From NCBI GenBank assembly GCA_003345555.1, contig PRDJ01000077.1, forward strand, positions 35,105-67,104: DNA of 32,000 nt. Reading direction: 5' to 3'. The notes under the pieces are model-generated. The model saw nothing but the letters and a program-made list of their open reading frames with translations, did not search any database and had not been told where the DNA came from. Position 1 is the first letter of the stretch; every line of letters begins with the position of its first letter. Positions 19,150-27,189 of the stretch are shown here, piece by piece. Source of the stretch: Candidatus Thorarchaeota archaeon. GTDB taxonomy: Archaea; Asgardarchaeota; Thorarchaeia; Thorarchaeales; Thorarchaeaceae. Both the position numbers and the translations under genes were made by a program.

Positions 19150-19794
19150 TTATTCTTCACCCAGTGAAACAGGATGTTCAATGACATTACGCCAAATTGC
19201 CGCCCCGAATGACCTATCGATTAGGCGACTAATCACCGGCACAACGACAAGGAAGATGAAGAAGTTCGAGGTAACGTGCACCATCATGTAAGGGAGTCCA
19301 TAAGCGACCACGCCGAAGTACGGAAGGTCGAATGCCCATGAGAATCCTAGGTTAGTAATGAGATCAAAGAACAATGTTGTGACGGCACCCAAGACCCCGA
19401 ATTCTATCGGGCTGGTCTGGCTAGTTGGCGCCGTCCCGCGGTTCCTGCCTTCGATTGCTCCGGCCGCAACTACTACAAACCATCCTGCAAGTTGACAGAG
19501 ATATATCTGGGGCAAGAGAGCGCCCCACGGATTGAACATGCCGAAGATTATCGACATGATCAGAGTACACCAAATCGCCATATGAAATCCAAATACATAG
19601 GCGGTGACGAAGAGAATGCTTGAGCCCATTTCCACGTTTGGCACGCCCACCAATGCATAGTTGCCAAGGAGAGCAAGACCACTCATGATTCCTGTCAGGG
19701 CTACCCACTGACTTCGCCTAATTTCCTGGCCTTCACGTTCGTGGACGGTCTGGTTCTCCATCATCTTTTGATTCATCTCCGCTTGATGACACAT
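19150..19794 (-). CDS. ECF transporter S component, CbrT-like (probable cobalamin)
   Basis: About 6 TM helices; PNVE motif, FDLITNLG and HVTSN blocks; in an operon with a DUF4430-like gene. Confidence 0.75.
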   Translation of the reverse strand: MCHQAEMNQKMMENQTVHEREGQEIRRSQWVALTGIMSGLALLGNYALVGVPNVEMGSSILFVTAYVFGFHMAIWCTLIMSIIFGMFNPWGALLPQIYLCQLAGWFVVVAAGAIEGRNRGTAPTSQTSPIEFGVLGAVTTLFFDLITNLGFSWAFDLPYFGVVAYGLPYMMVHVTSNFFIFLVVVPVISRLIDRSFGAAIWRNVIEHPVSLGEE

Positions 19795-20516
19795 ACCAGA
19801 AGAACGATGACCACCCCTACTGAGAACACGACTGTGACCGTGAGTATGACCGAAGCGGGGGTATAAACCGACGACAATTCAATCGAGAGCCTGTAGGGGG
19901 TACCGAACGAGTAAGTGGTGTTTCCTCTCACGAGCAGGCCTGTTCCAGTGTCATAGGCTAGATACGTCCTCTGGGGTTCGCCGTAGGAAGTCTCGTCCTG
20001 TTCATAGTCGAAGACCAAGCAGTTGTAGGCAACTCCGCTTACTTCTACAACACCGCGGTGGGACGACATCGTACCATTCAGGTAGTTTCCCGCCAGTCTT
20101 TGGGCTGACTCGAAAGCCGTTTCATTCAGGTCATTGAGGTCTCCTTCTCCTGTCTTGACTATTAGTCCTGGAAGCCATGCCGTTAGACCCCATACCCCAA
20201 GGGCCAAGTCCTTTGCAAGATCTGTATCATTGGCGCGCCAAGTCCGGTTGCCCAGCGTTATGATGCCTTCAATGTCTTGCCCCACTGCAAGAACAGTCAA
20301 TGTCATCCTGCTGTCAGGCTGAGCAAGCCAGTAACCATTGCCAGACCAGTACAGGCTGAAGGGAGCACTGGGACAATCAGCAACTCTCCAGGTGATCTCT
20401 GTATTTCCCCATATGTTTGGGATGAGTATGGCGCCGTAGTCATTACTGATGAACGTCCCTCCGCCATGAATGATAGTTGCCAAGATGAATGCTGCTAACA
20501 GACATTTCTCCTTCAT
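19773..20516 (-). CDS. Hypothetical exported protein with C-terminal TM anchor
   Basis: N-terminal signal-like segment, beta-rich body, C-terminal hydrophobic helix ending KRR; overlaps the S-component start. Confidence 0.7.
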   Translation of the reverse strand: MKEKCLLAAFILATIIHGGGTFISNDYGAILIPNIWGNTEITWRVADCPSAPFSLYWSGNGYWLAQPDSRMTLTVLAVGQDIEGIITLGNRTWRANDTDLAKDLALGVWGLTAWLPGLIVKTGEGDLNDLNETAFESAQRLAGNYLNGTMSSHRGVVEVSGVAYNCLVFDYEQDETSYGEPQRTYLAYDTGTGLLVRGNTTYSFGTPYRLSIELSSVYTPASVILTVTVVFSVGVVIVLLVCVIKRR

Positions 20517-20520
20517 TTTC

Positions 20521-21030
20521 TCACTGGCCTCTCATTTTTCTCCTATAGAGTATACCCAAGAACACCAGAGTAAGCACCCCTAGTGTACTCGCCCCAAACA
20601 AGACGGAGTAATTGAACTGGCCTTCCTCGTTTGCATTGAAATGAGAGAGATCTCTTCGCCACTGAATAGAGTCGTTGTCTTCAAGCTCATACTTGTTCGC
20701 GGCCACAGGCCCCAGTTGTCCATTTACCCAATACTGCCACCACAGTCCCGCGGTGGGATCATTCGAGACACCGTCAATTGCTATCACAAATGCGAAATCG
20801 CCGTACCAGCTCAGTTCTACCTGCGCTATTGACTGCGTCGCATTCAGCACATTGGCTGCGTTGATACCAGCGTAACTCGCGTTCGTATAATTGCCGAAAT
20901 CGATACTGATGGTTATTCCTGAAGATTGCTGAGAATGCTCGTGGATATGTGTCACGACAGCGGAGGCCGGCGACAGGCACTGAGCAAAGAGAACAAGCAA
21001 CAATGATGTATACAGAGCGACAATCCGCAT
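20521..21030 (-). CDS. DUF4430 / transcobalamin C-terminal-like domain protein, membrane anchored
   Basis: Signal peptide; FVIAIDGV...WWQYWVNG...AANKYELEDNDSIQW; C-terminal TM followed by RRK. Confidence 0.85.
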   Translation of the reverse strand: MRIVALYTSLLLVLFAQCLSPASAVVTHIHEHSQQSSGITISIDFGNYTNASYAGINAANVLNATQSIAQVELSWYGDFAFVIAIDGVSNDPTAGLWWQYWVNGQLGPVAANKYELEDNDSIQWRRDLSHFNANEEGQFNYSVLFGASTLGVLTLVFLGILYRRKMRGQ

Positions 21031-21039
21031 TCCGGTTCC

Positions 21040-21061
21040 TAGGATAGGATATCCTATCCTA
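21040..21061. promoter_or_regulatory. Perfect 22-bp palindrome TAGGATAGGATATCCTATCCTA, candidate operator
   Basis: Read directly from the sequence; ends 10 bp upstream of the DUF4430 start codon. Confidence 0.7.
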
Positions 21062-21274
21062 TTCTGATTTAAGCATTGTCATCGAAATCAGTCCTTCCGG
21101 CCAGTCATAGGATTCGTGGAGGACTGCCCTCACGTCTAATTCAAGACTCGTGGTGCCATGAGATGAAAAGGTTCGTTCATCCAGAAATCATCTCCTGGAT
21201 CTATTACATCGTCAAACCATCCCATACATTGAAAACGAGGAGGCCTTAACCACCCGTCGAAGGCAGTCAGCCAA

Positions 21275-21928
21275 ATGAAGAATCGGAGAAGCCGCAAGGG
21301 CCTGCTCTTTGTACTAGAAGGCATCGACGGTTCTGGTAAGACTGCTGTAGCTGAGCTGGTTGTCACGCGTCTGACGGAAGAGGGGTATGATGCTGTCAAG
21401 CTTCATGAGCCCACGAGTGAGAGTGAATGGGGGCGTCAAATAAGGGATCGGTCCCCGAGAGGCGGATTAAGCCCGGCCGAGGAACTTGAGCTCTTCGTTC
21501 GCGATAGAGAATGGCACGTCCGAAATCGCATTCGCCCCGCTCTCAACGCAGGCAAGATAATTGTGTTGGACCGATATTTCTTCGCCAATGGAGCATACCA
21601 GAGCGCCAGTACTGGAATCCACTGGAGGGAAATCCTTCGAAGGAATAGGGAGGGAATTCACCCACCAGAGCCTGATCTGGTTTTCGTACTTGATGTCCCA
21701 GTAGAAACAGGTCTCGCAAGAGTGCTAGGTAGAGAGTACCAGAGTAACGAGCAATTCGAGAAGATTGAGCGGCTTGTCAAGGTGCGTCAGGCCTACTTGG
21801 AAATGGCACATGAGGATGCTGGCCTTTTCGAAATCGTTGATGCTACTCAGACATTAGAGCAAGTCGCGGACCAAGTGCACAGGAGAATACTAGAGTTCTT
21901 AGGACGGAAGGGCCGGAAAACGGGTTAG
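21275..21928 (+). CDS. tmk: Thymidylate kinase
   Basis: LEGIDGSGKT P-loop, HEPT, LDRYF, YQ, PEPDLVFVLDVP. Confidence 0.93.
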   Translation: MKNRRSRKGLLFVLEGIDGSGKTAVAELVVTRLTEEGYDAVKLHEPTSESEWGRQIRDRSPRGGLSPAEELELFVRDREWHVRNRIRPALNAGKIIVLDRYFFANGAYQSASTGIHWREILRRNREGIHPPEPDLVFVLDVPVETGLARVLGREYQSNEQFEKIERLVKVRQAYLEMAHEDAGLFEIVDATQTLEQVADQVHRRILEFLGRKGRKTG

Positions 21929-22083
21929 GAACTCGCTGGCCAGCGGCTCAGGAACGAGAATCGACGCTTGCAGTGGAATCAATATGACGGTTTTGTCACA
22001 AGCTTTTTTAATGCGGCGCCACGCAGCCATAAAAAAGACAAGCTCCTCGCACACTGGCGAGCAAGGGACCGGAGTAGAAGATC

Positions 22084-23223
22084 ATGCCCGTAGCAATGCT
22101 TCTGATTGACTGGGACAGCAAGATAGGGGCCGTGTTGAAAGCAAAGGTCCCCAATGATTTCGCTGACTACTACAAAGAAGACTTGAACACCGAAATCATG
22201 CGTATCTTTACGTCGCACGCTATGGGTGATGCCACAGCCGGTTTCTCATCTCTTAGTGTTCGAATTGGCGGCGAGGAGTATAGCGTTGCATCATACTACA
22301 CAGGCATTCTCCGTGAAGAGGAGCAATACTGTGTGTCACTGTTATTGACACCATCTGAAGATCCAAAGATGTACGAGGCAGCAATAACGTCTGTTGTTTC
22401 TCCGCTAACCAATGCGGTTGTATCGATGACAGATTCCGAGTTCCAAACAGAACTCGAGAACACCTACCGCAGAATAATCAGACTTGCTGGCATGACAGAC
22501 GAGTCGCGCTTGGCCCGCCTGTTTGCTGACGAAGTCTCAAGGGCTGTTTTTCCGAAACTCTGGAAGGGAGGAATATCCAAGGAGGACCTTGAGGAATGGC
22601 TCAAGATGGTCACAGGTCTTCCGAGCGTAAGCGTGGATTCAATACTAGCGCCGTTCGAGGAGCTAGGTATCATCAAGAGCGACTGGGTAGACGAAATAGG
22701 CAGAACCTGTGTCTTTATGATAAAGGATCTTGAGGTCTTCCGTGCTCCACCTCTCCAAGCTATGGAGTCTGCAAGTACTATGGTGGATCCCGAGCTCGCA
22801 GCAGAATACAAGGGCGAGGTGCTGGAATTTCTGACAGAATGGCAGAAGACACCGGACGATACAGTTGCCGTCGCTCAAGTTCTTGCAGACCCTGACTGCT
22901 ACGATATGCTGAACGAGCTGAGGCGTAGGCCAGCAAACATGTCCGAGCTAGAGGCCACACTGGGCATTCCCCCCAAGGAACTGAAAGAAGCAGTCCAGAC
23001 TCTGAAGAAGTACAGAATTGTCTCCGAGAAACGGAGAAAGGGGTCCTCTGGCGAATTTGACAAGTGGCTGTTTCTTCTCAACGACATTCGGGTGCGGTTG
23101 TTCTTCCCCGAATACTTCCTTCAATCTCTAATCGCTGATCTTGAAAAGACGCCTGACGATCCAAAAGCACGCGAAATGGTGCATCATCACTTGCGGCTGT
23201 TGCGAGACAATTTCCCACGCTGA
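22084..23223 (+). CDS. Longin/uDENN-like domain + two winged-helix domains (NPRL2-like architecture)
   Basis: Aa 1-135 follow a bb-a-bbb-aa longin pattern (LLIDWDSKIGAVLKAKVP; SVASYY; YCVSLLL; EDPKMYE); two wHTH-like units follow. Confidence 0.65.
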   Translation: MPVAMLLIDWDSKIGAVLKAKVPNDFADYYKEDLNTEIMRIFTSHAMGDATAGFSSLSVRIGGEEYSVASYYTGILREEEQYCVSLLLTPSEDPKMYEAAITSVVSPLTNAVVSMTDSEFQTELENTYRRIIRLAGMTDESRLARLFADEVSRAVFPKLWKGGISKEDLEEWLKMVTGLPSVSVDSILAPFEELGIIKSDWVDEIGRTCVFMIKDLEVFRAPPLQAMESASTMVDPELAAEYKGEVLEFLTEWQKTPDDTVAVAQVLADPDCYDMLNELRRRPANMSELEATLGIPPKELKEAVQTLKKYRIVSEKRRKGSSGEFDKWLFLLNDIRVRLFFPEYFLQSLIADLEKTPDDPKAREMVHHHLRLLRDNFPR

Positions 23224-23649
23224 GGGTCTTTCACACAGTGGGGAAACGGCCGATCTGTAGTGACGGACACAATCCTAGACAAGACCGCCCAGTTCGGTCA
23301 AGGAATTAATCTGCCATCGAACAATGATCCAGCAGACGCTCTCATGTCTATCAACTGGATGGCTGATGAAGAGCAGGGTCTGCAGTCTGCCGGCACGTTC
23401 TCTCCACACTATTTAATCCCCTTTCTTGATGGCCTCCATGAATGATAGTCTTTGTCTTCTTAATTGATACCGCGCGTAGAAGACTGTCAATCTGAAGATT
23501 GTGGGTGAATAGCTGGAGTAATTCTCGGTGAATAACCAAAATGAACACTGAGACACGTCCTGTTGTACCACCCGATGGGCCATGGTAAATCCCTGAATGA
23601 AGCCAACTTCATCCAGCGAGCAACCAGGGCAAACCAAACTTTGGCTAGT

Positions 23650-24215
23650 CTAAAGCCCGGTGCCGGTTCCGGGATTGGGACCGGCGCCCAAATCTCTTTT
23701 CAGATCCATATCTATGCCCGGCCGACTCTTTGACACGCGGGCATCCTGGCTGCCTCCCGGTCTGGTCGAGTCTATACGGAGGGTTGCGAAGAAACCGAAC
23801 TCCGGCATGACGAACCTCCGCTGCGCAATTGCTACCATACTGGAGTAGCTCGTCGTGAGTTTGGAAAGCCATACCTGATCATTAAGTCTCCCTGCTTCGC
23901 TTAATGGCGAATTGCTGTTTCATTTTACGTTTCGAAGACTAGATAGGTTCATATGCCTAGTCTGCCCAAGATTCTTGGTTGATTCCGGTTCCGGCCAGAG
24001 TCAATTCCGATGAGTGGTTTATGTCGAGGAGCACGGTCCCCCGTCTAGGAACTCGCATTCGCAACACGGTCCCAAATCTCCGAGTTTCTAAATTGGTCCC
24101 CCTTGCCATTGCAAGTACTTGCGCATTACCGGTTTTTGCCGTGCGACGCGACAATCGAGCTCAACGGAAGCGGGAGGTTCGCACGATGCGGGCTTCGGCC
24201 CGGCGAGCTCCCGCC
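23650..24215 (+). ncRNA. Candidate structured non-coding RNA (unassigned)
   Basis: Several stems contain G.U pairs that form only on the + strand (23659-23688, 24046-24090, 24170-24214), and there is a cUUCGg tetraloop; no credible CDS. Confidence 0.35.
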
Positions 24216-24233
24216 CAACCCTATGCACGTAGT

Positions 24234-25178
24234 TCAGGTCAGCTTGCATTCGTACCAGATTCGTTTGTACCGCTCCCGGTAACAGGCGGCCTTGTACATC
24301 ATCGATGCAGGGAAGTCAACAGTGTCGACAATCAGCTCCGACCGCTTAACGCCCATAGAAGCCGCGCGGACCAGAATCTCATTGAGTATCGAACTGCCAA
24401 AGCCATGGCGTCGAAAATGAGGGGTCACTCCGATGCCATCTATCACCAAGCGCCTTTCACCAACCTGACTGCCCATCGGACCCAACAGAGTTCCGATGCA
24501 GTACGCTATTGTATGCCCCTCGCATAGGCCGAAAAGGGCCAAGTCCCTGCAAAACGTGTCTGCCTGGGTTTTCCTGACGTAGTCTTCAGGGGTGACTTCT
24601 CTGTAGTTGAACGAACCCTTGAACAGACTGTTCTGGAGAGAAGCCCATTTACCGGCGTCTCGGTCTTCTATAGTTCGATAGGTCAACTTGGTCGAGCCCG
24701 TCTGACCATGAATATTGCCGATATCAGTATGAACAAGCTTGGCCCATTCCCGTATGGGCCTGAAGCCTCGCTTCTCCAAGAAAGATATTGCAGCTGGCCT
24801 GAAGCTTGGTACATTACAGGTGACCTTGCTAGCTCCCTTGTCTTGTGCACCTGCAATAAGATTGCCTAGCAGCTGGCTTCCTATGCCTGCTTGTCTGAAC
24901 GCAGGGTGCACATACATCGTCAAGAGCGAGCTTGGGTAAGCCCGCCCCATGACAGGTAGGATCGCGCCGAAAGCCACTGCCCGTCCAATCTTGTTTCGTA
25001 CAAGCATTACATCCCGCGTGATATCGACGTCAGGGATAGAATAGCTCTGTTTGAAATAGTCGCCATCTAGGTCCGTATGGTCTGGATTGTCGAGGCCGTT
25101 GGCTGCATTATAGACTGCAGCAATCTCTTCAAAAGCAGATGAATCGGCCGCATGGTGAACCGACATTTCTCTGTTCAT
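24234..25178 (-). CDS. Tandem GNAT acetyltransferase (MshD-like architecture)
   Basis: Two motif-A copies: VHPAFRQAGIGSQLL and VTPHFRRHGFGSSIL. Confidence 0.9.
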   Translation of the reverse strand: MNREMSVHHAADSSAFEEIAAVYNAANGLDNPDHTDLDGDYFKQSYSIPDVDITRDVMLVRNKIGRAVAFGAILPVMGRAYPSSLLTMYVHPAFRQAGIGSQLLGNLIAGAQDKGASKVTCNVPSFRPAAISFLEKRGFRPIREWAKLVHTDIGNIHGQTGSTKLTYRTIEDRDAGKWASLQNSLFKGSFNYREVTPEDYVRKTQADTFCRDLALFGLCEGHTIAYCIGTLLGPMGSQVGERRLVIDGIGVTPHFRRHGFGSSILNEILVRAASMGVKRSELIVDTVDFPASMMYKAACYRERYKRIWYECKLT

Positions 25179-25356
25179 GTTGTCTTGATGTCTCCAAGCA
25201 GTAGCTGGTCTTAGATAGATTAAAGCACCACAGCATCGAGACCCAATCGCGATTTTCGGGCATAAATCACGTGAAGCTTTAACTTATGTCAAACCCAAGA
25301 AGCACATGCTAGGATTGACCTGCCGGCTTCGGCACAATCTAATGCTGGTGTACTGA

Positions 25357-27006
25357 ATGATTCACAATACTTTCCTTGTCTATGGGCGAAAGATCCTCGC
25401 CTCATCTCAGTACTGGCCAACTACGGTGACTCCTGATGAAATCAACGAGTTCATCACAACGAGGGCGGACCTTCTCGCAGAGCATGGGGGTTTCATGGAT
25501 CTTCCGCTTATTGTTGGAGACAAGAAATTCCTTGCCCGGTCTGTCGAATCTGACATGCTGCTCATCTTTGTCAGTGACACGGGAGAAGATGAGCATGTCA
25601 TCTCCGAGAGACTAGACTCTGCAGCCAAGGAGCTAGGAAAGAAAATCAGAGCAAGCGGAGTTCGTGGTGTCGCGAAGCAGTACGCGTCACTCATTGAACC
25701 CATGATTACGACTCGACTCAAGATTGCCCTCGTGGGAGAGGGCGGAGTCGGAAAGACCACAACTCTGCAACTCCTCTTAGGCAACAGTCCTCCCCTATCA
25801 TACGTGCCGACGATTGCGCTGAACCTTGAAACGGTCGAGAATATTCGCTTCGGCAGCTATTCTCTTGTCCTCTGGGACTTCGCCGGTCAAGAGCGTTTCC
25901 GGACTCTGTGGAAGTTCTACTTTCATGGCGCTGATGTAATATTCTTGGTGTGTGATTCTACCTTGCGCAACGTGATTATCAGCAAGGACATACTGAAACT
26001 AATCAGACGCGACGCGCCCAAGGTACCTGTCTTTGCATTGGCGAACAAACAAGACAAGCCTAATGCAATGAAGCCCGAAGTCATTCAGAAGATTCTCGGC
26101 GTTCCCACATATCCTATGGTGGCAATCGACAGAGAGCGCAGAGATGAAATGCTCAAGATACTCTTGACGGCTGCTGCTCAGTACGTCGGTGTAACGTTAC
26201 CTGACGTACCCACATCAGAGCTATTCAGATTCAGTGACCAAGCTGTAAAGGGTGCGGTGAAGGGCAAGGCCGCTGCTCGCGAACACAAAGAGCCGGAAGA
26301 AGCGCCGCCGGAGGAAGTCGTAGAGGAAGTCCTGATTGACGAGCAGGGAAATGTGGTTGAGGCTTCAGAGGAATATGAGGTAGTCGATGAAGTAGTAGAG
26401 GTCCTCGATGAGCCGTCGGAGACTGCGCATGTTCCAAGCCCAGCATCTGTAGAGCAGGCGCCTCGGGAAGAGGGCGAGGCAGCGGAGGCTGGCTTTGACA
26501 TCGCAACCAGCGGCGCGGAATCCTTGGCAGAGGAAACAGGGCCAATGGTTAGCATGGATGCTGAAGAGCGACGCGAGGACTTGTTCTCGGCCTCTGAGAG
26601 AATCAGCGGTTCTTCCGACACGATGTCGGCGACAGTTGCTAAACAGCTGATTTCCGATGCCCTCGATGCAGACGATATAGTTGCCGCAGAGATAGATCGT
26701 ATTCCTCGTGAACATCTGGGTGCAGCAGTCGACGCCATCCGGTGCGATGAGACTGTCTCATCAGAACCTGAGAAGGAAAGCGTGCACGCCGTAGGCGCAA
26801 AAGCTATGCGCGATTTAGACAAAGTCTTAGGTCCCTCCGCAAGCAAGGAAACGAGTTCTCCAGAAGTCCGCAAGGTGTCTGAGAGCCCGATGGACGTGGA
26901 CGAAGAGACAATCCGTGAACTTGGTGCCATAATAGAAAAGCAAGAATCAGATACGAAATCGGAGTCTGGCCAAGCCAGGATGTTGCTTGACGACGAAGAA
27001 GATTAG
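25357..27006 (+). CDS. Longin domain - Arf-like small GTPase - acidic low-complexity tail fusion
   Basis: Longin pattern at aa 1-117; G1 GEGGVGKT, PTI, WDFAGQERF, LWKFYF, ANKQDKPNAM; ~265-aa E/D-rich tail. Confidence 0.88.
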   Translation: MIHNTFLVYGRKILASSQYWPTTVTPDEINEFITTRADLLAEHGGFMDLPLIVGDKKFLARSVESDMLLIFVSDTGEDEHVISERLDSAAKELGKKIRASGVRGVAKQYASLIEPMITTRLKIALVGEGGVGKTTTLQLLLGNSPPLSYVPTIALNLETVENIRFGSYSLVLWDFAGQERFRTLWKFYFHGADVIFLVCDSTLRNVIISKDILKLIRRDAPKVPVFALANKQDKPNAMKPEVIQKILGVPTYPMVAIDRERRDEMLKILLTAAAQYVGVTLPDVPTSELFRFSDQAVKGAVKGKAAAREHKEPEEAPPEEVVEEVLIDEQGNVVEASEEYEVVDEVVEVLDEPSETAHVPSPASVEQAPREEGEAAEAGFDIATSGAESLAEETGPMVSMDAEERREDLFSASERISGSSDTMSATVAKQLISDALDADDIVAAEIDRIPREHLGAAVDAIRCDETVSSEPEKESVHAVGAKAMRDLDKVLGPSASKETSSPEVRKVSESPMDVDEETIRELGAIIEKQESDTKSESGQARMLLDDEED

Positions 27007-27189
27007 CTCTTCTCAAACGCGGTTGTGCACCTCTATCGAGAGTTTGGATCGACTGCATGGCCATTGCTCAACTTGAGATTCGCAGGACAGCACAGCTGTA
27101 TCGCTCAGTATGCGCCATCAAGCAGCATGTCCTGCACCACACGGAAGACTCAATTGCATGTTAGAACATGTTCAGCAACGGGTTCTGTA

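Noticed and set aside
1103-21115. GAATCCT/AGGATTC as a shared regulon motif upstream of three transporter operons (1103/1121, 15246, 21109)
   Set aside because: The same 7-mer also occurs several times inside coding regions (near 657, 5164, 8660, 9738, 19342), so enrichment is not evident.
21062-21274. Cobalamin riboswitch upstream of the DUF4430 operon
   Set aside because: Fragments (GACTGGCCGGAAGG, CCAGGAGA) occur on the minus strand in the wrong order and upstream of the apparent TATA box.
23221-23448. Possible Sec read-through of the TGA ending the longin-wHTH gene (the frame stays open ~73 codons)
   Set aside because: No CxxU/UxxC context and no recognisable domain in the extension; an open run this long is expected occasionally by chance. 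Worth revisiting only if homologs have Cys there and continue.
24032-24100. Mini-CRISPR array
   Set aside because: The repeats are only 7-9 bp with irregular spacing, and there are no cas genes.
23224-24233. RNase P RNA, SRP RNA, tRNA or group II intron identity for the structured interval
   Set aside because: No GAGGAAAGUCC, no SRP helix-8 motif, no cloverleaf/TTCGAATC and no domain V motif on either strand.
23979-24527. 182-aa + strand ORF
   Set aside because: Half of it is antisense to the GNAT gene, the composition is Arg/Pro-rich and non-protein-like, and it overlaps the hairpin cluster.
26178-26930. 250-aa Ser-rich minus-strand ORF and other long shadow ORFs (e.g. 13565-13978, 8821-9267)
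   Set aside because: Antisense shadows of well-supported genes; the Ser/Thr richness mirrors the Glu/Val codons on the other strand.
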